Of a stretch of 64,000 nt of DNA, positions 39,531 to 59,062 are shown piece by piece (positions within the stretch are counted from its first letter, which is position 1; every line of letters starts with the position of its first letter). Location: the NCBI RefSeq assembly GCF_009914755.1, contig NC_060926.1; one strand, given 5' to 3'. Below the pieces are notes generated by a model. That model searched no databases. It worked only from the letters and a program-made list of their open reading frames with translations, and was not told where the DNA came from. The position numbers and the translations under genes are program-made. The DNA comes from the human T2T-CHM13v2.0 reference genome, Homo sapiens.

Positions 39531-41997
39531 CATGTTCTGAATACCATGAGCCTACTGTATATCAGAGGACAGTTCCAATCAGTTCCAATTTGTATAGTAC
39601 TCTCCTCACCTGTGATTAAGGAACAAGTCGGTGATGTGGAAGGAGAAGCAGCAAGTAGTAACAGGCCAGGGAAGTGTCTAGATTCTGGGTATTCAGCATT
39701 TCTGTAAATGTTTACTTTCCCCCTCAAAATGGAATGTTCCCCTGGAATGGTACCTTTTTGGGCAGCTGAGGAGTCTAAACTGCAAATATTACTCAAATTA
39801 TTTTTAATATGAAAATATGAAACTAAACAGTTTTCCTTGTGCCTTTTATGTTACTAAGGCAGTTTTTCATCATTAATATATTAAAATAATAAAAGCAAGT
39901 CGCTTTAGAGATGAAATGTGCCTTTTCTAAGTAATTAAGTACTATCAGAGAATCAGAGATCTTAAGGAAGAACATGCTAAATGCTAAATGTTGAGCAGCT
40001 TCTTAATCTTGCTCTTCATATAAGGATGTTGTCAGTTCAATTTACTGATAGTCCAGCACTTGCTGTTTTGTTGATTCTTGGTTCAGATTTGAAAAAATAA
40101 AATCTGAAGCCCTTACCAAAAATATAGTGTTCATATACAAAGATATATGATAGACACATGTAGAATATAGGATAAATATATGCCCGAAAGCCCAGGAAAA
40201 TATAAGCAAATTTTGCTGTAAATTGTCTATTACTGTCACCACTTGTCAGCATGTCACCAAAACAGTAGCTATCTTAGACCATCAGTTTCTCTAATGAGTA
40301 ATTAGAGGATCATGGAATTAGAAGAATGTGTATTTTTAACAGTAACAATCATCAGAAAGTTATGATAAGAAAAACCATCATAATGGGGAGTCCCTGACTT
40401 CTGTTTCAAGAAAAATAGCAAAGGGAATCCACTTGAAGAAAGCCTTGGTTAAAATCACTTTTACTATTAGAAATCACTTAATATCAAGCTAAAAATTTAA
40501 AGAAGAATAGTGGCTTTATTGATTCCAACACATCTTATAGATGTCAGATTTGGAAGTATGGTGTCAGAATATAGAACAGGCATAACATCACAGATAAAGA
40601 GTTAAACTTTGGCATCTGGGTTTGTCTTCTTTGCTAATCTTTTAATTGATTTTGGAACTTTTTTTTCTCTGTTTATCCTCATTGTACAATCTGCTCGGCT
40701 AAAATTTAGTTCACCTATGTAGGCATTCATCACAATGTCTTATAAGGAAGCCTCAAATTCTAAGAGATATGCACCCATGTAGACAATTCCAGTACATGGC
40801 AGCTTAGGTATGTTATGGGTGTAAAAGCATGTAATTGTCTTTCCTTGTTATAATGAATAGTATTGTAGAAGCCTATGAAGATTCGTTCTTCCTAACTGGC
40901 CTTTTACAAGTTTCCTGTCAGTCTCTGAATCAGCCTGAGGCTAAGAAATGAAAATGGAATGTGTGTCAATTTTGTAAACAATTTTCCACTTTTAAGTTCA
41001 GTCAAGAGACTCTTGTTATTAAAATTTTTAAATTGTTGCTCTCTCAATTAGCAATACTGCACTTAAGATCTTTAGTGTCTTGGTTAACCAGCCCTTTTTC
41101 AAGGAAGGGCCCAGGTCAATGATGTAGATTTAGAAGGATCATCACAATGGATTATTTTAGTAAAAATGAAGTTCTAAAAAATCTTAGTCATCCATAATGC
41201 TACGTATTGCAAAAACCTTTATTGGTGGAATTTTGATATCAATGATTACACTATGATATAAAAATATTAAAAATGCATCAGGAAAAATATCCTGGAAAAG
41301 ACAGGAAATAAAGAAAACGGATTAATTTGAATGAGATATGTTCCTGGAAACAATATTAATATGATTGAGCCCTGACCTTTGGGACATTGCATGCATTATT
41401 AACCCACTGAAGACATAGATAATATGACTTTATATGCTTTTAGGTTATAATTTGAATAACTGGGGAAATAGTTTATTTTTTCAGCGCCTTGCATGCTGTG
41501 AGTGCTCAATAAATACTAAACAACAATAATATGGTATGTAGTGTGTTCCTGAGCCTTCATTTGCATGGCCATCTGGAAAACTCTTGTGTTGTAAACACTA
41601 GTTTTATTTTGAGTAAGAATGAAATTACTGCAGAAGTTGTTTAGCATTCTTGGTTCAATTTTTTTCCAGCTTTTCACCCTTTCATTTGGTAGAAAATGTA
41701 ATAATTCAAGGGTTCTGAGGCTTTTCAATGTAAGGAGTGGAAGATTTGGATAGATCATATTTACATGGTGGCATATATTTTATTAGATTAGTTTTTCATA
41801 ACTGTTTTATAAATTCACACCCTTTTTGTTTTCATAAATCCTTAGCTATTTTTATGTAGTGATTTGTATTTAAGGGTGTATAAAAGAGAAAAATAAATAT
41901 ATAGCAGGATCTAGGACAATGTGATAAAAAATGACATAAATGCCTGGGAGGAGTATCAGGAGAATCAGGGTCTTTAATCTGCTTTTCTAATTTTGTG

Positions 41998-42122
41998 TTT
42001 CCTTCCTTCTTTCCTCCCTCTCTTCCTCCATCCTTCACTTCCTTTTTTCCTTCGTCTTTTCTTCCTCCCTCTCTTCCCACTGCCTTCCTTCCTTTCTTTC
42101 CATTCTTTCTTCTTTCCTTCTC
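41998..42122. repeat. (CCTT)n-like polypyrimidine low-complexity tract
   Basis: about 120 nt of almost pure pyrimidines. Confidence 0.85.
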
Positions 42123-42765
42123 ATGAACCTTTACCTCATTTATATTTATGCTTCCTCTCCACAGTTCATAGTCTTTCCTGCCTAGTATGACTTTACTTCT
42201 CACCAGTTATATCTGTAGTAAGATAATACGAAGTCTAATTTTTCTATTCATCTATTTTTCTATTTATATATGTATTTATTTATCTATTTTTGTAACTGAG
42301 ACATAATTCACATACTATAATTTACCCTTTTCAAGAGTGTAATTCAATGTTTTTTGTATACTCACAGAGTTGTACAACCATCATCACTATCAATATTAAA
42401 GTATTTTCATCACCCCAGAGAGAAACACGATATACCAATTAGCAATGACTCTTCATTTTTCTCCAACCTCTCTCCCATCAGACCTAGGTAACCATTAATC
42501 TACTTTCTGTCTCTACAGATTTGCCTATTCTGGACATTTTATCAAAATGGCATCATACAAAGGTGACCTTTGAGACTGACCTCCTTCACTTAGCATAATG
42601 TTTTCAAAGTTTTACCCATGTTGTAGCATGTATTAGTAATTTATTCCCTTTCATGGAAAAACAATATTCCATTGTATGGATATAGCATGTTTTATTTATC
42701 CATTCATCAGCTGATGGGCATTAGACTTGTTTCTACTTTTTGGTTATTAAAATAATGCTGGTATA

Positions 42766-46886
<4,121 letters not shown>

Positions 46887-47526
46887 AATGCTGGTATAAA
46901 TATTTGTGTATAGATTTTCATATGGACATAGGTTTTCATTTCACCTAGGTATATACTTAGAAGTGAGATTTCTGGGTTATATAATAAATCTATATTTAAC
47001 CTTTTGAGGAACTTCACACTGTTTTTTAAAGTGGCTGTACCACTTTACATTCTCATTAGTAGCTCATAAAGTCCAATTTCTCTATATCATGACAATACTT
47101 GTTGTATTTTACCTTGCTGACTACAATTATTTTATTGGCTATGAAGTGATATCTCATTTTAGTTTTTATTTGTGTTTCTATAATAACTAATGTCTTTATT
47201 TTTAACACACTAAATAACTGATATAACCTAAATGTTGTTGAAAGGGGTGGACCAATTTGTATAAGAAGCACAGGGATTAATTGAGAGGTAAAGGAGAGAG
47301 GCGACTGACCCCCCACGCCCCCCAAAAACCCACTTGAATTCAATTCAAAACTACTGAAACAGTCAGGGTGGCACAGGAAGTCTACAATTGAAGTTCAGGG
47401 GAAACTAATAAAGTCCCAAGAGAAGCCCCTATGAGAGTAAAATGATCTTAGTGGACTGACCATTACATGGAGTCATTACTAAGATGGAAGACAGAGTCTC
47501 AGTCCCAACCATAAGTGTTTGGCCAT

Positions 47527-48045
47527 GTATCAGTCAGGACACTGGCAGGAAAAAAAAAAAGGTCCCATTCAAAGGAAGTAATTAAAAATGGCTGAATTAA
47601 AGAACCATTTACAGAGATGTCGTCATGGTTAAGAGAACTAACAAAGAACCATGAAGAACCCAGAAACCAGCAAGAGTGCCAAACTATTACCACCTTTAGG
47701 CCTGAAGTGTCAAGAATAGGATGCAGTCTTCCCCCAAACCACTGAAAGCTATAATGATGGGAGAAGAGCTACCAAAAGGAGACTGTGATATTATGCAGAT
47801 GAATGCAGTCAATATTGAAGCCACATCCCACAGTGGAGGAAGTAGGGTAATGAGAAATAAATACCCTAAACTTCCTCTTCTCTTATTTTCCCAATTTCCC
47901 ACCATTGTCTCCTACAGTTCAAACCCAGATAGAAGGGAAAAAGCAAAGCAACTTTATGAGATCTATGGATATCAGCATCCCAGATACAGAACACGGCAGA
48001 GAAGAGCAGATAATGGATCTGTACTGGCAATCAGATAAGCCACTC
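47527..48045 (-). mobile_element. LTR41-like ERVL solo LTR
   Basis: tgtatcagtcaggacactggcagg...ccatttacagagatg...ttaccacctttaggcctgaag...atggatctg. Confidence 0.6.
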
Positions 48046-48868
48046 AGGGAGAAAAGTAGAAACATGCCTTCCATACAAGCAGTGGCAGCAGAAACAAGTG
48101 AAAGGACTTTTCCCACTGTCCACTATTGACCTGTTTTCCCAAAACCTCTGCCTTTGATGGAGGCAACAGCAACATTGAGGTCTACCTGAAGCAACTAAAT
48201 TCAATTCCGATTGGTTCCACCATCAAACTCTCAACCAAGCAGTGAAGAGGAACAAATAGACCGAGGCTTCATGCATTGCTTTTTGGGTATCTCATGTCTC
48301 TATCGGTAGTTTGTTTCATAATTATCACCCCCTCCTTCTATGTTAAGCACAAAGGATCAAATAGCCAACAGCATATTATAATCAGCGCCCTCACAAATAC
48401 CTAGTTGACTGGCTTATTAACAGTGTTTCACTTCTTCAGAGGATAAATATGCCAGAAAATCAAATCAATCTAGCATAGCCCCAGCCTATCAACACTTTTC
48501 CTAATGTGTGGCAAATGTGTGTGTGTGTTTGTAATGCTGTCTATGGTTTTACTTAGAAAAACTGTATTGTGTTAGTTGTTTTTTTCTTACATATATATGT
48601 AGGTGATCCAGTTAATCAACACTTTACATAAGCATGTATACTATTTCTTCATTTTTATGCAAATCCTTTCTACAACCGGACAGGTGCATTGTCTGCTTTC
48701 TGTTCATTATCAAGAAATCCAATAACTTGGCTGTGTACCTACATCTGGTTAGGTTTGACCCAATGTGTATTTGAATGTGGATTTCAAATATGGGCAGGTG
48801 TTGAGCCTATCAGAACTACCAGCAATTGGAATCTTATTCACCTCTACAAAGGCAACCAGTGATTTTCC

Positions 48869-48897
48869 AAAAAAAAAGAGAGAGAGAGAGAGAGAAA
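48869..48897. repeat. A-run plus (GA)n microsatellite
   Basis: aaaaaaaaagagagagagagagagaga. Confidence 0.85.
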
Positions 48898-51865
48898 GAA
48901 TCTGATGCTTAGGTCCTTTTGTGGGAGAGAAAAAGGAATTTGTTTAATTAGTGAAGCACCACTAAGTACTAGGTTATTTAGAATTATGTTATACAGTAAA
49001 ATGTAGCTGTATACAACATGTGAGAACTGATGTATGCAATGAAAAAATTGAATTGAATTTCCAAATCACATAAAAAATACAGAGCCTAGGTACGGTGGTG
49101 TGTTTTTCAGTTTTTGCCTGTAGAAGTGGCCTTCTCAATGGAGCACAGAAGTCAGGAAAAAGCTGGACTCTGGAGGCAAAACAAGTCATCCATGACAAAC
49201 AGTGATGCTGCAGCTCTGCCTTCTCTTGCCAGCACCCTTCCCCACCTCCAGTCTGCTCAGAGAAGGACACTGATGCCACTACACATAGGCAGCTATTAAT
49301 CAAAGAGCCCCTTTTGGATCCTCACATGTTGAGAAGATTAAGGCCTATTTTTAGTTCTCATGGAGCAGATCCGCTAACACATAAGGTCACAATCAGTTGC
49401 TCTATAGCAATGAAGATTTACATTCCCATGAGAGAGAGGAAGTAAAAAACAAGAAAGTCCAAGTTAGCTTTGAAAACTGTCTCATGGCCATGCAAACAGC
49501 TTTAAAGCCTGAGAGAAAGCAGAGGAAGCAAGTATGAACATTGATATGTCACTAGCCAATTTATAATCTTGTTTATGTGCCCTTAATTCCTAAGGCAAAA
49601 TTTTTTTTTTGGCAGAATAGGGATTTGGAAGGAAGAAAACCCACTCTGTACCTAAGGCAGACAGAACAAAGGAATAATGGGAGAAGGGGGTATTGGAGGA
49701 AGTGTTGATGAGGCAGGGGCTAAAATATGACTGGAAAAATTAGAACGAAGGGATGAGAGAAGACAAAATGGGGAAGAAACACATAGGTTTAGCATATATC
49801 TTATAAGAAGAGGAAGAAGAAAGGAAGAAGGCAAAGAGGAAGTGAGAAAGGGAAGAAGGGAGGTAGAAGAATATGTAATTTTCTATTGTAGAACATACCT
49901 TCTATGGTGAAATATAGTTAGGCTAGACAGGGTGTTGCTTCTGGAATTGAGGCAGAATTTAGCTCCTCTTCCTACCATTCATGCATAGCACATAGTTGTA
50001 TGCTATGTGCTACCCACTCATTTGTCTGAGGCCAAAGGAGCATGTTAAGCCATTATCAACCTAAATCAGTGAAGAGCTTCCTTATTCAGGCAAAGCTTTC
50101 TAAATGACGAACAAAGTCCCACTAAACTCTCAGGGTAAGAACAACCACTCAAACTATGATTATGAATTAGAGTGTGGCCGACCTAGAGTGAAACAGGGAG
50201 CTGAATTAAGTGAATTTAGTACTACTCAATTTGCTTATTTTAAAAGTTCAACTTGAAAGCTGCAGGAATGCACTAATTTAAACCCAGGAAATCTGCAGAC
50301 AACGGTGAGAGGTGAATCTGGTGCATTAGTGCCCACCATGGAGATTTTAAACCTATGAGCGGAATGAGTCCAATGGCCAGGGGTGAGTAAATCTACCCAT
50401 AAGGACACTGACCATGGAAATGGGATTACTGCACCAATATCCCATAGGTCAAAGAGGCTTTTGACTTGCTCTGTTTTACTTTTTGTCAACAGTGATTCTG
50501 CTCGTTATTACAAAGCCTACTTCTTCACTAGGCATTTTTGAAAAGAGTCCTAACATTTCTAAATGTTCCCTTCAACACAAGTGGCCTGAAAGTATTAGTG
50601 AATCTTTCAATATTGGCTAAACTGAACCTAGAGGGGAACTCTGAGGTGGGAGGAGCTGACCTCTAGGTAACCAAAGTCCTTTTAAATTACCATATTTATT
50701 GTTTCATGGAGCATCACAGTTTGATGGGTCCACAGCATTCAACAAACATTTACAAAAAACATTATTTCAATTATTTTCCCAAATGTTGAGATAAAGGGGA
50801 TGTGGGGATGAATAAAGAGTGGTCTCTATCCATGAAGAGCTTGGAACCAAGGCCGACTTAAAAAGTACTAACTCCTAGTTTAATTAACCCAAAGTGTTTG
50901 AGAAAAAAAAAAAAAACACTCTCAGCATTATTTCCTGACTTATCCTAGGGGTGAGCTAAATATTTAAGTGTATTAGTAAAGATCATATTCTCTTTACTGT
51001 TTTTTTCTTTCACCTGAGAATTCCCATCAGCATTGAAACTGGAAACATAGTTTGTGGTTTTTCAAAATTTCACTGACTTCAGCATGTTACAAAGAATACC
51101 CAAAAGGCAGATTTGTTTTTCTTCTCTGCTACTTCTCAACTATTTCTTCCCCTCCTCCTACATAGGAAAAAAATCTTAAAACTATAAACTGGCCTCCTGC
51201 TTAGATTAATTTTCTCCACCAAAACAGTGACCATTGTCAAATGCCTTGCATCTCCATGGAAACTGTTTCCTTGGCCATAGACAAAGGTCTGCCTATAATA
51301 CAATGCCATGAGAGCATCTGAGGTTGTAGACCCCTTGTTTAAAATCACAGGGCTAGGGTACAAATGCAGATTTTATATTATTTCTGCCTGTCTGCTGCAG
51401 CTGGTAGGCCTTCATTCCAAAATAATATTTTTTCAAATGAAGTAGCAGAAAACAGCTTTACATTTTTGTTATCCCTTCCAGCACAAAATAAAAAATGCCT
51501 GTGCTGCCACTACCTGATTCAATCAAGTGGAGTACATTTGATACCCACAGGCTACAAGTGCTGGAAAAGCTGACTTGTATTTTAATTAATAATGTGCTAC
51601 ATTTTCTCAACAGCAAGGCCTTTGGCAATCTGATTTGCTTTGTTCATTATTTGCTGTAAACAATTTTCAAACAACATGTAGGCAACTCTATTTCAGAATA
51701 TCTCCTGCTAATTCATAACATCAACAAAAATGTAGAAGAGACCGTTTTTCTTCTTTGCCAAAAAAAAAAAAACCCTGATTAAACTTTAATCATAGCCATT
51801 GGATAATTTGGGATGGGAATACTGGGGTTCACAGATATGAGATACAAATTAATATAAACATCAAA

Positions 51866-51923
51866 ATATATATACGCATATATACACATACACACATAGG
51901 TAGAGAGTGTTTATGTATACACG

Positions 51924-51968
<45 letters not shown>
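51866..51968. repeat. (TA/CA)n with a perfect (AC)~21 at 51927-51968
   Basis: directly visible. Confidence 0.95.
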
Positions 51969-51971
<3 letters not shown>

Positions 51972-52084
51972 CAGTTCACTAAAATACACGTACAGGATGA
52001 GGCATAGGTATCCACTGAAAATCTGATAAGTGGCAGAGGGTGGGAAAATCCCATGTTTTCTTTTTGTTTGTTTTTTCATTGTGG

Positions 52085-52748
<664 letters not shown>

Positions 52749-52979
52749 TATGAAGAAGAGGAAATTGAAAATATTGAATCACTCAATATTAAAGAGAATA
52801 TACCAATCTTTCACATATGGAGGTAAATGGTAATTTTCATTTTCATAGGACAGGAACTTCTTGAAACAATATTCAAGTTTAGAAAGGGGACTTGGTTTGG
52901 TCATGAAGAGCAACTATACAATTGGGTATATCTATGTTTAGAAAAAAATTATTTTCTTTGTATGGCACTTTATGGATAA

Positions 52980-53160
52980 ACTACTTTGCTATGCTACACA
53001 TCATCCCTACAAAGTGAATAGGAATTAACATCTCCATTTTTAAAATGAGAAAACTAATCAAGATTACACAGGCTTAAGGCAACGTAAGAAATTGGTAATA
53101 AAGCATACACATGGCAGAACAAGGGTTAAAATCCTGACCTTTAATGTGGTACATAATGAG
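52980..53160 (-). mobile_element. MIR
   Basis: tctccattttaaaatgagaaaact...ggcagaacaagggttaaaatcc. Confidence 0.5.
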
Positions 53161-53414
53161 AGGCATAAAAGGATGAGATTTGAAGACCGTTTTCTAAGTA
53201 TTAATGACTTAAAGGGAGAACTCAAATTTTTAAATTTAGCTGTCTTCTCTGTCAACTTAAACTAATACTATATTTCAAAATAAATTATATTTCCAACATA
53301 TTAACATAATCTACTAATTAAAAAGTATCATAGGAGAATAGTGGTAATAATTATAACTGAGATAAAAAAACTTGGATTAATATCCTCAAACACAAAACTA
53401 TTATTACATTTGTT

Positions 53415-54220
53415 AATCCATTTATCATTCATTTGTTAAACAGATATTTATTGAGCACCTATTCTGTTTCAGATGTCGGGTTTAGTACTGAGCATACAAT
53501 AGTGAAGAAAATAGTCATGGACTCTGTCTTTACAAAACTTACACCTATTAATGTTAGCTCCATTAAACAACATGGATTGAGGACCCACTAAGTAGCAACC
53601 ACTAGATAAATAAGAAACTAGATACACAAAAATAAATATGATTCACTGACTACCTATAAGGAAAAAGCTGTGTGAACAAAGAAATTTAATATAGTACAAT
53701 CACATAGAAGTATGTTCTAGATATAATAGTGTCATAACATCAGAAATAATCAACTCTTCTTATGGAAGGAAATTAAAGAAAAGATTTCATTTGGATTTTA
53801 AAGAATGAATGAAGGAATATTAGGTGCAAATAATGAATAAAGGAATTATTTTCAATTGTAGTAACTGATATAATTATATACAAGACAAAACGAAGGTTAG
53901 AGCTGGAGGAAAATTAGTCAGTTTCACATATTTTCATCTTTTGTGTGGAGTGGGAAGGTGTAACCATGGCATATTACATGAGGTAAAGAGAAATGAGGCT
54001 GGAGATATAAACGAGAACAAATGATAAAGAGCTTTAAATGACACACAAAATAAATTTATTTTATAGGAATTTGGAAATAATTGAAGAGTTGGAAACACAG
54101 TAGTGAAATCTACAGAAATGTGGAAGATGAAGTAATGAGAGACTGGAAACCAGGAGATAATTGGCATAGTCAAGGTGGAATAACTAACGACCTGTACCAA
54201 GGCCACAGCAGTTAAAATCA
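53415..54220 (-). mobile_element. L2 remnants
   Basis: cattcatttgttaaacagatatttattgagcacctattctgtttcag; gagagactggaaaccaggaga. Confidence 0.65.
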
Positions 54221-54960
54221 AAGTCCTTATGTGATATAATCATTCACAAAGAGCATCCAGCTCAACCTCTTATTTTGTGAACAAGATCTTCAAAGTCAGG
54301 GAAGAGTACCTGACTTAGTCCATGGCACACTGAACCAAGGCTAGAGCTTGGGTCTCTCCTCATTTTCATTCCAGCTTACTTGCCACAATGGCAAAATGCC
54401 TCATTTCATCTTGATCTTATTTCACATAGTGAAAGAATTGTAAAGCACCCTGAGTTTCCATAGAATCCTTCTCTTGGTCTTCTTAGAGACTCCCACTCAA
54501 GCCTGATGGGACTTGCTGATCATTTAATGAAGTACAAACAACTTAGATGGAGAATTAAAGGATGCCCATGCAGCTAAAAGCTGCTTGTCATTTCCCAGTG
54601 CTTCCAGCCTTAGAATAACTCTTCAGCGACTGAGTTCAGGTCTATAAAGCTGCCTTGTATCCAGCCAATCATGTAATTTCACACCAGTCTAGCTCCATCC
54701 AAAAGAGGAAGGCCTGCAAAGGAACGTTCCCTAGGGGCATCAAGAGCAGAAAGACCTCTGTTCTTCTAAGAAATGGACTTGGTGTAACTTGGACCTCTTG
54801 TGAGTCAAAGGGTGTGTACCTTCCTTTACAGCACCTCACATCAGCTTTAGAATGTTTATCTGATCCTCACAGAGAAAAATAGTACCTCAACTCCCCCAAA
54901 ATGGTATCACTAGAGTTAAAAACATTAATTTGCATTAAGCAGTTAGAAAATAGTCAAACT

Positions 54961-55251
54961 GGCCTGGTGAGGTGGCTCATGCCTGTAATCTCTGCACTTT
55001 GGGAGGCAGAGGCAGGCGTCAGGAGCTCAAGACCAGCCTGGCCAAGATGGTGAAACCCCGTCTCTACTCAAAATGCAAAAATTAGCCGGGCGTGGTGGCA
55101 GGCGCCTGTGGTCCTAGCTACTCAGGAGGCTGAGCCAGAGAATCACTTGAACCCAGGAGGTGGAAGGTTGCAGTGAGCTGAGGTCACGCCACTGCACTCC
55201 AGCCTAGGCAACAGAGCGAGACGCTGTCTTAAAAAAAACACCAAAAAAGAA
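54961..55251 (+). mobile_element. AluS (Sx/Sg4-like) with an ~11-nt left-arm deletion
   Basis: 16-bp TSD agaaaata(g/c)tcaaact at 54945-54960 and 55252-55267; ggcaggcg|tcaggag lacks gatcacctgag. Confidence 0.95.
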
Positions 55252-55823
55252 AGAAAATACTCAAACTGCACCACAGAGATACAATTGTTCAATCTATCTG
55301 CCGAGTTTAGATGTACTCCTTCACTTCAATTTACTGTGAGAATAGATTAAAATTTCCAAATTTCCAATAGACACTCATCTTTAGAATCTGAGAATTTAAA
55401 ATTTGAATTCCCCCAAGTTCACAAGAATATTCAGAATCATGTTGCTGTGCATTTTTCATCACATTTTCTTTATGTAATAGTAATGAATTACCATAACTAT
55501 AAATATAAATCACTTTTGCTGTAATAGGGTTATACCAAAAGTTTCAAAAACTTTTGTTTAAAAAAAAATAAATGAATGTGTTATTGTGATTTGAAACATA
55601 TCTGACGAGCTTACTGCTTTCCTTTATTTTTCTTAAAATACTTCCAACATTCTTTACTCTTTACTTGATATTAGAAATACAAATGCCTAATAAATAAAAA
55701 TTATGAAGTTTAACATTATTTACAAAGAACTGTAACCTATAGAATATATTCAAACACTGGAAAATCCCAGTGACTATTACTACGTGATATTTGAAAAAAG
55801 TAACATTATCATCTCCTAGCAAG

Positions 55824-56713
55824 TATAAACCAAAAATAAAATTCTAAGCCCCTCAACTGACTGAATGGATGGATCCCCATCTTGGTCAAGGGGATCCCAA
55901 AGAACCTGAAAAACTAGTGAAGGCCGTGATGGGAGGAGGGTTTGGACATGCTTCCTTATACCCACCTCCCTTTGGAGTTTAGGCACAGCAGATCAACATT
56001 AACATTAACATTAAAACAGAGATCATAAGACTGACAAAACAGAGTCTTTGCAGCAATAAGACACCAGTTGGAACCCAACTCTGGTTTAGTATCACAAGAC
56101 AGACAGCAGGCCCTGAGGGAAATTAAAGTATTTTAACCCAAAATATATTTCTTTGACATATTTTGAAATAGCCCTGCAAAGCAGTCTCTACTGGGGGAAA
56201 TTTGCATTCTGTAGAGAATCTCCTTTCCTACTAGGTCTTTTCCAGAGAGTCTGACACCTTTAAAGGTGTGATAAGAGGCTTCTACTATCTATTCTCTCTG
56301 AAGGCTCCTACTTAGTGGCTCTATCTACATGACAAGAACCTTGGCTTCCACAATCCCCCTTACCTTAACTCAAACATTTATTTATGCTGACTTCAATTCC
56401 TCAGGCAAAGGTTAACTTCTTCAACCAATTGCCTAACAGAAAAATTTTTGAATCCACCTATCACCTGTGAGCCCCTTCTTTGAGATGTCCCATCTTTCTA
56501 GTACAAACCAATGTATACCTTCTATGTATTGATTTATGTATATGCCTGTAACTTCTGTCTCCCTAAAATGTATAAAACCAAGCTGTAACCCAACTACCTT
56601 GGGCACAAATTCTTAGGACCTCCTGAGACTGCGTCACAGGCCATAGTTCTTAACCTTGGCAAAATAAACCTCTATATTGATTGAGACCTGTCTCAAATAC
56701 TTTTTGGTTTATG
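55824..56713 (+). mobile_element. MER4D/MER4D1-like ERV1 solo LTR (~890 bp)
   Basis: t(a)taaaccaaaaataaaattctaagcccc start; tataaaa and aataaa near the 3' end; ends tactttttggttta; caag TSD at 55820-55823 and 56714-56717. Confidence 0.88.
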
Positions 56714-57417
56714 CAAGAAAAGAAAGGACCAGAAAATTCTTGGCTGGGGCACTACACAGACTCAAACGCATAATTTACCAATTTAGGACTCATTTTGCTT
56801 CCCAAATTTGTTTATTTTTGTAGCATCAATCACAGGATTTATATAAAGTATACTATGTGTATGAACTTACAAATTTTTATTTGCAGGAATGACACACCAA
56901 AGCTACAAACAGGACTATGAACACACATTTATAACCCGGCAACTCTATAACTAAGCAAGACTGATTCATTACATTCTTGACCACTTTTCTTCTCCTGGTT
57001 CCTGTCCTGGTTCTAGGAAATATCAACTTTATTCTTGGACTCCTCATATCAGCATTTTCTGCATTTCAATTTTAAGTTGTCTCCGTAATGTTTTATGTTG
57101 ATTGTTTAGCTTTAATTTTGTAGAATTATATTTTTTCCCATTTTTCTGATTTCTGAACTAACTTTTCTCAGGATTTGGGATTCAGAGAAATTATAATTCT
57201 CCCAAGAAATACCAGGAAGAAACTTCTGCACGGCAACAGTAGAACCGATCACCTCTTAGCAACCTGAAGTCACAGCAGACACCAGCCACATAGCAACTAA
57301 TACTGGACTTCTGGGGAAAATAAATCCATGCCAACAGTGTCTGCATGTTCAGGAGCCTGTGATTTTTCACTCACATAAAAAACTTTTAGTTTTAGTTAAA
57401 AATATTTTTATTTCAAA

Positions 57418-57757
<340 letters not shown>

Positions 57758-59062
57758 TTAACCAAATGACTAGAGAAGCAATTACCTTTTAAAATCTTAT
57801 TTATTGTTTATTATATATTTTGAAATCAAGGAATCAACAGATATTCATAATATATGCCCTGAGGTCTAGAGGGATAAAATAAATTTAGCACGTTACTAAA
57901 TCAATCTCATTATAACAAATACTAATTGTATTTTTCAGCGTTTCAAAGAAATTTCATAACCTTATGTGTAATAGGTGAAATACATAGATAAAGAGTAATT
58001 ACTAAAGGACTCCCATTGCTCTAAAGAACATAGTTTAACGTTTTTAAATTTATGAAACCAGAATAGACTCTTATTCTCACTGATTTCATTTTGGTTATTG
58101 TTTATATAATGTTTGTGCTTTTCTTGTGGATTTTACTTGGGTGCTATGGACAAGAAATAGAAATTGAAGACCTAGTACAAGCCTCTGACATAGCATTGTG
58201 ACACCTGGTTCATGGAGAAAAGGGGACATCTCCATCAGGATCTTTGCTCTTTGATTAATGAGGAGACATTCATTACAGCTCAGGAATAGACAGCACCTCC
58301 ACATACTGGGAACTTAATTTATTAGTCTAAGGGGCAGGGGTTAAGGAACATCAGAGAGAGATGAGAAAGAAGAAAAGAAAGGACAAGAAAATTCTTGGCT
58401 GAGGCAATTCAGAGATGTGGAGTTGCAAATATAAGAGGTTTAACAATAGTAATAATACTTCCAGAACTGTTTTGAGTATAAAGTTCTTTAAATGATAAAT
58501 AAAAGATCCTAAATGCTAATGATCCAGCTAGATGTATTATTTTAAATGCACCCATGCCACTGCTGTTTGCCTACATATAAAATTGATTATATTAGATGAT
58601 ATTTAAAGATAAAGGGAAAAACAGAATTAGCCAATAAAAAGAGATTTAAAAAAAATGCTTACCACTTCTTGCCTAAATAGCTCAGTAGCCAAGTCAACAG
58701 AAACATATTCGATAGGATCACTTGCTTTCAAGCATGACCATTCTTTGGGTCTGGGTAGAAACTAGGGCTGTCTGGAAGCCAGAGACCCAACATAAGGTAG
58801 CAGTAGAGCTGATTTCTGCTTCCATCACCTCTCTCCACAGTTGCAGCAATTCTCCAAGAGGGCTGGGACCTTTGCCATAACTCCTTCCAAGAGTGTGTAT
58901 GTATCACTTCAGATAGATCAAAGTGTAGTTATTCAAAATTTCTTACTTTGAAAGAAACAAATGCATTTCTTCTAAGGATTGCCATGCAAGTTATCACATT
59001 AACCATAGAGTTTATTGTTGCTAGAACAAATAGTGATGTCATGTCATTTTGAAGAATCATAG

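Noticed and set aside
41832-42203. 123-aa Lys/Glu/Gly/Arg-rich ORF
   Set aside because: Translation of a (GGAA)n-like low-complexity tract
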